64,000 nt of DNA from NCBI GenBank assembly GCA_965219685.1, contig CBDCOH010000002.1:4256001-4320000 (forward strand). Direction: 5' to 3'. Shown here piece after piece: positions 1-8,629 of this stretch; the stretch's first letter is position 1, and every line of letters begins with the position of its first letter. Position numbers and translations under genes: made by a program. The DNA comes from Candidatus Spongiisociaceae bacterium (GTDB lineage: Bacteria > Actinomycetota > Acidimicrobiia > Spongiisociales > Spongiisociaceae). The notes below the pieces were generated by a model. It was not told the origin of the DNA. It did no database searches and was given only the letters and a program-made list of their open reading frames with translations.

Positions 1-12
1 CCTAGGCTCGTC

Positions 13-1656
13 TCAGCCGCGGCCTGCCGTCTCTACCTTCCGGTAGAGGGGTGATACCGATCCCAGGGTGGTTCCGGCGGGCACCGGAGCGCCGACCCAT
101 CCCTGCTCCGCGACGGCTCCCGGAAGGCCCAGCATGGAATGGAGCCGTTGGGTGGTCACCGGGAGGTAGGGAGCCAGCGCCACTTTCAGGTGGTTGATGG
201 CGTCCAGAGCGGTCTTCAGCACCGTTGCCGTGCGCTCGAGGTCCGTCTTGGCCGTCTTCCAGGGCTCGGTGGCGTTCAGGTAGGCGTTGATCTGCCCGGC
301 GGTTTCCATGGAGCTCCGCAGTCCGGCCCTCAATTCGACCTTCTCGACGCGGTCGGCCACCCGGTCCAGGAGCTGCGTGGCTGCTAGCCGGACCGCGCGG
401 TCCTCCGGCGCTTCGTCGCCGGGCTCGGGAATCCGGCCTCCGAAGTTGGACCGGGTCATCGACAGCACCCGGTTGACGAGGTTGCCCCAGGTGGCGACCA
501 ACTCGTCGTTGATGCGGCGGTCGATTTCGTCCTCGGTCATCTCGGTGTCGCTGTTCTCCGGGAGGTTGGCGGCCAAGGCATAGCGGAGGGAGTCGGGTTC
601 GTAGATGTCCAGCGCCCCGCCGACGGTGAGGCCGATTCCCCGGCTGGCCGATGCCTTGCCTCCCCGGAACGTAACGTACTGGTTGGCGGGAACGTTGGTT
701 GGGAGTTCCAGGCCGCCGTAGCCGAGCAGCATGGCGGGCCAGATGATGGTGTGGAAGGGGATGTTGTCCTTGCCGATGAAGTAGTAGTGCTCGGCGTCGG
801 GGTTCTCCCACCAGTCCTTCCACGCTTCGGGAGTTCCCTGGATCTGGGACCACTCCTTCGAGGCCGACAGGTAGCCGATCACCGCGTCGAACCAGACGTA
901 GATCTTCTTGCCGGGTCCCAGACCCTCGACCGGGATGTCGATTCCCCAGTCGATGTCGCGTGTGATGGCCCGGTCCTGCAGCCCCTCCTCGATCCACCCG
1001 AGCGAGAAGTTGAGCACGTGCTTGCGCCAGCCTTTCCGGGAGTGCAGCCACTCCTCCAGCCGGTCGGAGAAGTCGGGCAGGCGCAGGTAGAAGTGGTCGG
1101 TCTTGCGGCTCACCGGGGTGGCGCCCGACAGCTTGGAGCGGGCGTCGATCAGGTCCACGGGATCGAGGGTCCGCCCGCACGAATCGCACTGGTCGCCCCG
1201 CGCCTCGCCGTACGCGCAATGCGGGCAGGTTCCCTCCACGTAGCGGTCGGGAAGGAAGCGACGCGACTCCGGATCGTAGAACTGTTCGGAGGTGCGCCGT
1301 TCGATGTATCCGTTCTCGTGCAGCGTGCGGAAGATGTCCTGGGTCACCTCGTGGTGGTTGGGAGTGCCGGTCATGGTGAACAGTTCCCACTGGATCGCCA
1401 GGTCCTCCCAGTTGGCCACGAACTCGGCGTGGTAGCGATCGACGATCTCCTGGGGCGTCACCCCTTCCTGGTCGGCCCGCACCGTGATCGGCGTCCCGTA
1501 CACGTCGCTCCCCGACACCATCAGGACCCGGTCACCGGCGAGCCGGTGGTAGCGGGCGAAGATGTCGGCCGGGAGGTAGGCGCCGGCCAGGTGGCCCAGA
1601 TGGCGCGATCCGGATGCGTAGGGCCAGGCGACGGAGACGAGGATATGTCGGTTCAT
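13..1656 (-). CDS. metG: Methionine--tRNA ligase
   Basis: HIGH-like HLGH after WPYASG, SGSDVYGTP, CPHC/CDSC knuckle, YVWFDA, IGKDNIPFH, KMSKS-like KASAS; TACCCT -10 lies 7 nt before the ATG. Confidence 0.96.
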   Translation of the reverse strand: MNRHILVSVAWPYASGSRHLGHLAGAYLPADIFARYHRLAGDRVLMVSGSDVYGTPITVRADQEGVTPQEIVDRYHAEFVANWEDLAIQWELFTMTGTPNHHEVTQDIFRTLHENGYIERRTSEQFYDPESRRFLPDRYVEGTCPHCAYGEARGDQCDSCGRTLDPVDLIDARSKLSGATPVSRKTDHFYLRLPDFSDRLEEWLHSRKGWRKHVLNFSLGWIEEGLQDRAITRDIDWGIDIPVEGLGPGKKIYVWFDAVIGYLSASKEWSQIQGTPEAWKDWWENPDAEHYYFIGKDNIPFHTIIWPAMLLGYGGLELPTNVPANQYVTFRGGKASASRGIGLTVGGALDIYEPDSLRYALAANLPENSDTEMTEDEIDRRINDELVATWGNLVNRVLSMTRSNFGGRIPEPGDEAPEDRAVRLAATQLLDRVADRVEKVELRAGLRSSMETAGQINAYLNATEPWKTAKTDLERTATVLKTALDAINHLKVALAPYLPVTTQRLHSMLGLPGAVAEQGWVGAPVPAGTTLGSVSPLYRKVETAGRG

Positions 1657-1746
1657 GGGCCGCAGGGTAACGGAGGGGCAGGGTTACTCGCTAGCCGCGA
1701 TTCGCCCGACTCCGTGTCGGATCACCCTTCCGCCTACGATTGGAGC

Positions 1747-2463
1747 ATGAGGGTTGGGGTGGCCTTCCTGGCCGGGCTGGTGGCCACGCTGTTCTTCCTG
1801 GACCTGCTGCGCGCATACCGCCGGTCGCGGCGGCCGCACACCGCGGCCTACATGGCCGGAATCGGGTTCTTCGCCGTTGCGACCTGGGCGCTGTTCGCCG
1901 GTTCGGTCTTCGGTTGGACTTCGGCCAGCTACCGGGCCTTCTTCCTGTTCGGCGCCATCGTCAACATCCCGGTCCTGGCGCTGGGGTCGATGTTCCTGGT
2001 CGTCGGGCCGCGAGCCGGTCATGCCATGCTCCTGGCTCTGTTCCCCTTCTTCGCCATCTCGATACCGATGACCCTCGCGGAGCCGTTCGACGCCGGCTCC
2101 CTGCCGGCGGACGGGGTACCGGGCGGTCGGGAACTCTGGGCGGAGATGTTCGGCCCCCGGCTGTGGGCGGCGATCGGGGGCGGGATGGGAGCCACCATCA
2201 TCATCGTGCTCGCGCTGGTGTCGGTCGTCCGCTTCTGGCGCAGGAACCGCCGCTTGGTGTCGGGCAACATGCTGATCGTGGCGGGCACCCTGGCCGCCTC
2301 AACGGGGGGGACCATCCTGGCTCTCGGCATCGACTGGGGGTTTTCTGCCTCGCTGTTACTGGCGGCGACCCTCATCTGGGCAGGCTTCCGGGTAGCCGTA
2401 AGCGCCCGCCGCGCGGTGTCGATGTCATCTGGGCGGGAGGCAACTCCGGTCCGGCGGGATTGA
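1747..2463 (+). CDS. Hypothetical integral membrane protein (about 7 TM)
   Basis: Hydrophobic segments only from MRVGVAFL onward; TACGAT -10 lies 6 nt before ATG 1747. Confidence 0.75.
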   Translation: MRVGVAFLAGLVATLFFLDLLRAYRRSRRPHTAAYMAGIGFFAVATWALFAGSVFGWTSASYRAFFLFGAIVNIPVLALGSMFLVVGPRAGHAMLLALFPFFAISIPMTLAEPFDAGSLPADGVPGGRELWAEMFGPRLWAAIGGGMGATIIIVLALVSVVRFWRRNRRLVSGNMLIVAGTLAASTGGTILALGIDWGFSASLLLAATLIWAGFRVAVSARRAVSMSSGREATPVRRD

Positions 2464-2504
2464 TCCTTAGCATGGAGTAGGCAGGGGCCCGCGCCAAGAT
2501 CTAT

Positions 2505-2531
2505 CTATTACTAATAGTTATAGGCCTATAA
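2505..2531. promoter_or_regulatory. Two adjacent AT-rich palindromes upstream of the Fic gene (putative promoter/operator)
   Basis: CTATTA-C-TAATAG at 2505-2517 and TTATAGGCCTATAA at 2518-2531, which contains TATAAT-like sequence. Confidence 0.5.
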
Positions 2532-2569
2532 TTTAATAGGGTCGAGTCCAGTTAAGGAAAACTGAACAG

Positions 2570-3736
2570 ATGGACCGCGGAGAGACGGGACGCTACGAGG
2601 TCACTTCTCACGGGGGCGAAAAGGTTCGCGCCTTCATCCCGGTACCGCTGCCGCCCGTACCCCCGCTCGTTCTAGACGGATCTCTCCTGCAGCTGCTGGA
2701 GGCCGCCAACCTCGCCCTCGGGCGTCTCGATGGGGTCACGACCCTGCTACCCGACAAGTCCCTCTTCCTGTATCACTACGTGCGCAAGGAAGCGTTACTC
2801 TCGTCACAGATTGAAGGAACGCAGTCTTCGCTCGCCGATCTATTACAGCACGAGCGGGACGACGCCCCGGGGGTCCCTAAAGACGACGTAGCCGAGGTTT
2901 CACGATATGTCGAGGCACTTGATCACGGTCTGAGGCGGCTCCGGGTCGACGACTTCCCGTTGTCGAACCGGCTGATCAGGGAAGTACACGGCATCCTGCT
3001 CTCGTCGGGGCGCGGTAGCAACCAGACGCCCGGCGAGTTCCGGCTCTCGCAAAACTGGATCGGCGGTACCCGGCCTGGTAACGCCGCCTTCGTCCCTCCT
3101 CCTCACGCTTGGGTGGAGGACTGCATGACAGCGCTGGAGAGCTTCCTCCACACGACCGACGACGGTCTACCGGTCCTCGTGCGGATCGGCCTGGCCCACG
3201 TGCAATTGGAGACCATTCACCCGTTTCTCGACGGCAACGGCCGGATCGGGCGGATGCTCATCACCTTCCTCCTCTGCCATGCCGGCGTGCTTCAGGACCC
3301 GCTTCTCTACCTGAGCCTGTATCTGAAGCAGAACCGCTCGGAGTACTACCGGTTACTCAGCGAGGTCCGATTCAACGGCAACTGGGAAGAATGGCTTGAG
3401 TTCTTCTTGATGGGCATCCTCGAGACGGCGGAGGCAGCCGTTTCTACAGCCCGGTACCTGAGCGAGTTGTTTGCTACGGACAAGGAGCGAATCTCGCAAC
3501 TCGGCCGCCAGGCCGGCTCCGCTCTGCGAGTTCACGAAGCGCTCATGGCGCTGCCTATCCGCAGCATTCCCGACGTGTCCAGGATCGCGGGGCTGTCGTT
3601 CCCCGGCGCGTCGGCGGGCATGCAACGCCTCGTCGACCTCGGGATAGCGAGGGAGATCACCGGAGGACGCCGTGGCCGTCTTTTCGTCTACACCGAGTAC
3701 CTGGGAATCCTGAGTGAGGGAACCGAACCTCTCTGA
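2570..3736 (+). CDS. Fic family protein with C-terminal HTH
   Basis: HPFLDGNGRIGR Fic motif, N-terminal SSQIEG inhibitory-type motif, C-terminal HTH-like segment. Confidence 0.92.
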   Translation: MDRGETGRYEVTSHGGEKVRAFIPVPLPPVPPLVLDGSLLQLLEAANLALGRLDGVTTLLPDKSLFLYHYVRKEALLSSQIEGTQSSLADLLQHERDDAPGVPKDDVAEVSRYVEALDHGLRRLRVDDFPLSNRLIREVHGILLSSGRGSNQTPGEFRLSQNWIGGTRPGNAAFVPPPHAWVEDCMTALESFLHTTDDGLPVLVRIGLAHVQLETIHPFLDGNGRIGRMLITFLLCHAGVLQDPLLYLSLYLKQNRSEYYRLLSEVRFNGNWEEWLEFFLMGILETAEAAVSTARYLSELFATDKERISQLGRQAGSALRVHEALMALPIRSIPDVSRIAGLSFPGASAGMQRLVDLGIAREITGGRRGRLFVYTEYLGILSEGTEPL

Positions 3737-3792
3737 GCGATCCCCAACCGGGCCGTAGCCGGGCTTGCATCGTACTCACGATCCAGGGGGGC

Positions 3793-4935
3793 TCATGTCA
3801 CCATGAGGCGAGGCATACGGGCGGCTGGCTCGGCGTCCGCCGCATCCTCGAGGGCTTGCTGACCGGACCGGTTCTTGAGTTCCTCTATCCGGTCCAGTTG
3901 CCGCTCGAGTTGGTTGCGGCGGGTCGAGGACAGGTCGTCGAAGGCGGAGTTGAGCCGGCCCAGGTGCAGTCCCACCAGATCGAACTTCTTCACGTACCTC
4001 TGCCACTGGTCTGTGAATCCGCCCAGGTGGTCGAGGATCTCGCGGGACGACCTTTCCATGGCGAGTGTGTCCATGGCCTGGCGCACCAGTGCCAGCATGG
4101 CGAACAGCGTGGCCGGGGAGCAGATGACCACGCGGCTCTCGAGGGCCTCGTCGAACACTTTGCGGTGATGCTCGTGGATGAAGGCGTAGATGCCGTCGTT
4201 GGGAACGAACATCAGGACGTAGCCCACGGTGGTGACCGACTCCTTGTAGGCGTCTCGGGAAGCTAGCGTTCTCACGTGCCCGAGAACCGCGGTGCCGAAG
4301 TCCCGTAGTTCCTTCCGCCTCTCCAGGTCCGAGGTGGTCTCCACGTAGCGGGCATAGGCCTCGAGGGGGAACTTGACGTCCATGTGTAGCAACTGGCCGT
4401 CGGGAAGCAGGAAGGTGAAGTCGGGACGGGTCCCGGCCGCGGTGGTCCGCTGCTTGTGGTAGTTGATCCCCTCCACCATGCCGGCGGCCCGCAGGATGTC
4501 GTCGGCCATGCGCTCGCCCCACTGTCCCCTCGCTTGGCGGTTGACCAGGATGTCGTTCAGCCGCCGGGTGGAGCGCAGGAGGAGGTCCTGCTGCCGGGCG
4601 GCGTTGCGCAGGTTCTCGGTGAGCCCCGCATGCTGTGCCGCGCGCTCCTTCTGCAGCTCGGCGAACAGGTCGCGAAGTTCGTGTAGCTCCTCGTTGACCT
4701 TGGTGGTGACCCCGTCCCACTTCTGATCGATGATCGCCCGCTGGTGTTCGAGCTGGGCCCTCCCGGTTGCGAGGTGGGCCTGGAAGGTCCGGTCGGCCAC
4801 GCCCACCAGCCTCTCGAGCATGGCCTCGGGGTCGACGGCCGGTTCCGAGCGGCGCTGCCGGTCCCACGCCAGGGCGAACCCGATCGCGGTGAGCGCGGCG
4901 ATGACGAGTGCTGTGATGAGAAGGATTGTTTCCAT
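3793..4935 (-). CDS. rmuC: DNA recombination protein RmuC
   Basis: N-terminal TM, coiled coil, RGQWGE, RPD...DVKFP, MFVPN, SPATL; TACGAT -10 lies 7 nt before ATG 4935. Confidence 0.9.
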   Translation of the reverse strand: METILLITALVIAALTAIGFALAWDRQRRSEPAVDPEAMLERLVGVADRTFQAHLATGRAQLEHQRAIIDQKWDGVTTKVNEELHELRDLFAELQKERAAQHAGLTENLRNAARQQDLLLRSTRRLNDILVNRQARGQWGERMADDILRAAGMVEGINYHKQRTTAAGTRPDFTFLLPDGQLLHMDVKFPLEAYARYVETTSDLERRKELRDFGTAVLGHVRTLASRDAYKESVTTVGYVLMFVPNDGIYAFIHEHHRKVFDEALESRVVICSPATLFAMLALVRQAMDTLAMERSSREILDHLGGFTDQWQRYVKKFDLVGLHLGRLNSAFDDLSSTRRNQLERQLDRIEELKNRSGQQALEDAADAEPAARMPRLMVT

Positions 4936-5160
4936 ATGGAACATCGTACGGAGGGGGTGTGACAGATTGGTGGCAAACGGCCGAGCAGTCCCGCATCGGG
5001 CCAATTCGGGATCGGTGTCAGACACGCAGAGAGGCACCGGGGACTCCTCGCAGTTCCTGGACTCGGACCCCGGCGGCCGCTTCGTGAATAGCTTCCCTCG
5101 GCGTAAACGCGAGACGCAAGCAGCGCTGTGGAGGATGACAAATGATCCGATATTACGGTA

Positions 5161-5209
5161 ACTACCGATTACTGACTCAAAACTAACGACTACCGACTAA
5201 CAACTAATC
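5161..5209. repeat. Degenerate heptamer tandem repeat (7 units, consensus ACTAMCG)
   Basis: ACTACCG ATTACTG ACTCAAA ACTAACG ACTACCG ACTAACA ACTAATC. Confidence 0.7.
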
Positions 5210-5225
5210 ATCTAGGCTGGGGTCG

Positions 5226-6188
5226 ATGTCGGTTCCCGCAGCCACCGTCGCCGACTCTCCGGTGCTCGGCCCCCCGGTCACCGCGCTGAGCGTCGCGTCG
5301 TACCTGCGGGCCGTTCCCACGGTGGACGAGGTGGGAGTGTCCGAGCGGGCCGGCGCTCTGTCCACCCGGTCGGTGAAGCGGGAGTCGAAGCTGGCCGCGC
5401 TCGATCTGGCCATCCGCATGTGCGACCTGACCACCCTCGAAGGCCGGGACACTCCCGGGAAGGTCATACAACTGGCCTCCAAGGCGGTCCGCCCGGACCC
5501 CGGCGATCCCACGATCCCGCCGGTGGCCGCCCTGTGCGTGTACCCGAACATGGTGCCGTACGCGGTGGAGGCCCTGCAGGGCAGCCGGGTGGCGGTGGCG
5601 TCCGTAGCCACCTACTTCCCGTCGGGACAGGCGCCCATCTCGGTCAAGACCGCCGATGTCTCCTGGGCAGTCGGGCAGGGCGCCGACGAGATCGACATGG
5701 TCATCGATCGGGGGGCCTTCCTGTCCGGCGACTACCTGAAGGTGTACGAGGAGGTGGTGGCGGTCAAGGAGGCCTGCGGAGGCGCCCACCTCAAGGTGAT
5801 CCTCGAGACCGGTGAGTTGAGCACCTACGACAACGTGCGCAGGGCGTCGATGCTGGCCATGGCGGCCGGCGCGGACTTCATCAAGACATCGACCGGCAAG
5901 ACGCCGTCGAACGCCACCCTCCCGGTGACGCTCGTGATGCTGGAGGCGATCCGCGACTTCTACACGGCGACGGGCCGGGCGGTCGGCATGAAGCCGGCCG
6001 GGGGGATCAGCACCGCCAAGGTCGCCATCCGCTACCTGGTGCTGCTCTCGGAGACGCTGGGAGCGTCCTGGCTTTCCCCGTACCGGTTCCGGTTCGGAGC
6101 CTCCAGCCTCCTCAACGATCTTCTCATGCAGATCCGGTGGCTCCGCGAGGGCCGTTACCAATCGCCCGACTACTTCACCAAGGACTGA
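5226..6188 (+). CDS. deoC: Deoxyribose-phosphate aldolase
   Basis: DLTTL, EIDMV, LKVILETGEL, DFIKTSTGK, KPAGGI, RFGASSLL; TAGGCT -10 lies 7 nt before the ATG. Confidence 0.93.
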   Translation: MSVPAATVADSPVLGPPVTALSVASYLRAVPTVDEVGVSERAGALSTRSVKRESKLAALDLAIRMCDLTTLEGRDTPGKVIQLASKAVRPDPGDPTIPPVAALCVYPNMVPYAVEALQGSRVAVASVATYFPSGQAPISVKTADVSWAVGQGADEIDMVIDRGAFLSGDYLKVYEEVVAVKEACGGAHLKVILETGELSTYDNVRRASMLAMAAGADFIKTSTGKTPSNATLPVTLVMLEAIRDFYTATGRAVGMKPAGGISTAKVAIRYLVLLSETLGASWLSPYRFRFGASSLLNDLLMQIRWLREGRYQSPDYFTKD

Positions 6189-6191
6189 CCC

Positions 6192-7679
6192 GTGCCGGAC
6201 CGGACACCAGCCACCCCTGAGGGACCCGAGATAGTCCCGACCGGCCTCGACTACGTCGAGTCCCGTGAGTCCACCGAGGTCGTCTCCATCGAAGACAGCT
6301 ACGACCTGTGGATAGGTGGGGAACCGTCCCCGCCCACCGCCAGCCGCTACTTCCCGTCCGTGAACCCGGCCACCGAGAACACCCTCAGCCGGGTCGCCGA
6401 GGCCGGTGCCGAGGATGTGGACCGGGCGGTGGCGGCGGCGAGGGACGCCTACTCCGGGGTCTGGGGAGGGATGGACGGCGCGGAGCGATCCAAGTACCTG
6501 TTCCGGCTGGCCAGGATGCTCCAGGAGCGGTCGCGCGAGTTCGCCGTGCTCGAGACCCTCGACGGGGGCAAACCGATCAAGGAGTCGCGCGACGTCGACC
6601 TCCCCCTGGCCGCGGCCCACTTCTTCTACTACGCCGGATGGGCCGACAAGTTGGAGTACGCGTTCCCCGGCCTCGACGCGACGCCTCTGGGGGTGGCGGG
6701 CCAGGTGATCCCCTGGAACTTCCCGATGCTGATGCTCGCCTGGAAGGTTGCGCCCGCCCTCGCCACCGGCAACACGGTGGTGCTGAAGCCGGCGGAGACC
6801 ACCCCTCTCAGCGCGCTGGCCTTCGCGCGACTCGCGTCCGAGGCGGGTCTGCCTCCAGGTGTCCTCAACATCGTCACCGGCGACGGCAGGGCGGGCGCAG
6901 AGTTGGTGGCCCACCCGGGGGTGGACAAGGTGGCTTTCACCGGCTCCACCGAGGTCGGCAAGATCATCCAGCGGAAGCTGGCCGGCACCGGCAAGCGGCT
7001 GACACTGGAACTCGGCGGCAAGGCGCCGCACGTGATATTCGACGACGCGCCGCTCGACCAGGCTATCGAGGGGGTCATCAACGGGATCTTCTTCAACCAG
7101 GGCCACGTGTGCTGCGCCGGGAGCCGCCTGCTCGTACAGGAGTCGGTCTACGACACCCTCATGGACAAGCTCAAGGTACGCCTGGCGAGCCTGAGAGTGG
7201 GGGATCCGCTCGACAAGAACACCGATGTGGGCGCGATCAACAGCAGGGCCCAGCTGGAGCGGATCACGGACCTCGTGGAGGTCGGCGTGGCGGAGGGCGC
7301 CGAGATGTACCAGCCCCCCTGCGAGCTACCCGACCGGGGCTACTGGTTCGCTCCCACGCTCTTCACCGGCGTATCGCAGAGCCACCTGATCGCCCGGGAG
7401 GAGATCTTCGGCCCGGTGTTGTCGATCATGACGTTCCGCACCCCTGCCGAAGCTGTGGAAAAGGCCAACAACACCCCCTACGGGCTGTCCGCCGGGGTGT
7501 GGACCACCAAGGGATCCCGGATCCTCTGGATGGCGGACCGCCTGAAGGCCGGGGTGGTGTGGGCAAACACCTACAACAAGTTCGATCCCTCCTCCCCGTT
7601 CGGGGGCTTCCAGGAGTCGGGCTTCGGTCGGGAGGGTGGCCGCCACGGCCTGCTCCCCTACCTGCGGGGTGGCGCGTGA
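6192..7679 (+). CDS. Aldehyde dehydrogenase (full length)
   Basis: IPWNFP, KPAE, FTGSTEVG, LELGGK, FNQGHVCCAG, EEIFGP. Confidence 0.93.
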   Translation: MPDRTPATPEGPEIVPTGLDYVESRESTEVVSIEDSYDLWIGGEPSPPTASRYFPSVNPATENTLSRVAEAGAEDVDRAVAAARDAYSGVWGGMDGAERSKYLFRLARMLQERSREFAVLETLDGGKPIKESRDVDLPLAAAHFFYYAGWADKLEYAFPGLDATPLGVAGQVIPWNFPMLMLAWKVAPALATGNTVVLKPAETTPLSALAFARLASEAGLPPGVLNIVTGDGRAGAELVAHPGVDKVAFTGSTEVGKIIQRKLAGTGKRLTLELGGKAPHVIFDDAPLDQAIEGVINGIFFNQGHVCCAGSRLLVQESVYDTLMDKLKVRLASLRVGDPLDKNTDVGAINSRAQLERITDLVEVGVAEGAEMYQPPCELPDRGYWFAPTLFTGVSQSHLIAREEIFGPVLSIMTFRTPAEAVEKANNTPYGLSAGVWTTKGSRILWMADRLKAGVVWANTYNKFDPSSPFGGFQESGFGREGGRHGLLPYLRGGA

Positions 7680-8545
7680 GCAGGATCGGGGTTCGCAAGA
7701 CCTACAAGCTCTTCGTGGACGGCGGCTTCCCCAGGTCCGAGTCGGGGCGGACCTATCCCGCTCTCGACCACCGGGGGGAGATCATCGCCCGGGTGGCGGC
7801 CGGAACCCGCAAGGACCTCCGGCACGCGGTCCGGTGTGCCCGCCGGGCGCAGGACGCGTGGGCCGGCCGTAGCGGGTACAACCGGGGCCAGATCCTGTAC
7901 CGGATCGCCGAGATGGTGGAGGACCGGGCGGCGACTTTCGCGGCCCACCTCCGGGACACCGGCCTGGGCGGTCCCGCCGCCGACCGGGAGGTGGCTTGTG
8001 CCGTGGACCGTCTCGTATGGTATGCCGGATGGGCCGACAAGTACCAGCAGGTGCTGGGCAACCTCAACCCGGTCTCGGGACCGTTCTTCAACATCTCGAC
8101 GCCGGAGCCGACCGGAGTGGTGGGGGTCATCGCCCCCGAGGAGCCCGCCCTGCTGGGTCTGGTGTCGCGGATCGCTCCGGTCGTCGTGTCGGGCAACACC
8201 GCGGTGGTACTGGTCTCGGAGCGCTGGCCCATTCCAGCTATCACGCTGGCCGAGGCGATGGCCACCGCCGACGTCCCCGGCGGTGTGGTCAACCTGCTCA
8301 CCGGCCCCAAGGCCGCCATGGTCCCCTATCTGGCGTCGCACCTCGATGTCAACGCCGTGGACGCATGCGGGGCCGGCCCCGACATGGTGGCCGGGGTGGA
8401 GGAAGCCGCGGCGGGCGGGGTGAAGCGGGTGGTGCGCCCGCCTGGGGGCGGGCTCGACTGGGCCGACAACCGTGAGGCTCAGAGTCCTTACTTCATCTCG
8501 GCGTTCACCGAGATCAAGACGGTGTGGCATCCCAAGGGCCTCTGA
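7676..8545 (+). CDS. Short ALDH-like protein (NAD-binding domain only, no catalytic domain)
   Basis: GTG overlaps the upstream stop; KTYKLFVDGGFPRSESGR start, WYAGWADK, ends EIKTVWHP; no LELGGK or catalytic Cys. Confidence 0.85.
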   Translation: MSRIGVRKTYKLFVDGGFPRSESGRTYPALDHRGEIIARVAAGTRKDLRHAVRCARRAQDAWAGRSGYNRGQILYRIAEMVEDRAATFAAHLRDTGLGGPAADREVACAVDRLVWYAGWADKYQQVLGNLNPVSGPFFNISTPEPTGVVGVIAPEEPALLGLVSRIAPVVVSGNTAVVLVSERWPIPAITLAEAMATADVPGGVVNLLTGPKAAMVPYLASHLDVNAVDACGAGPDMVAGVEEAAAGGVKRVVRPPGGGLDWADNREAQSPYFISAFTEIKTVWHPKGL

Positions 8546-8629
8546 ACAGAGTTGCCTCTCCTGCGAGCGAGTGGTTTCCCGGCGCGAGGCGTTCATGTAC
8601 GGTCCCTACCGGTCCGTCAACACAGACGG

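Noticed and set aside
751-1746. N-terminal 330 aa of ORF 751..2463
   Set aside because: Antisense shadow of metG; the real gene starts at about 1747
6308-7675. N-terminal part of ORF 6308..8545 as a frameshift fusion
   Set aside because: Off-frame overlap with the first ALDH; a GTGA-coupled start at 7676 explains it
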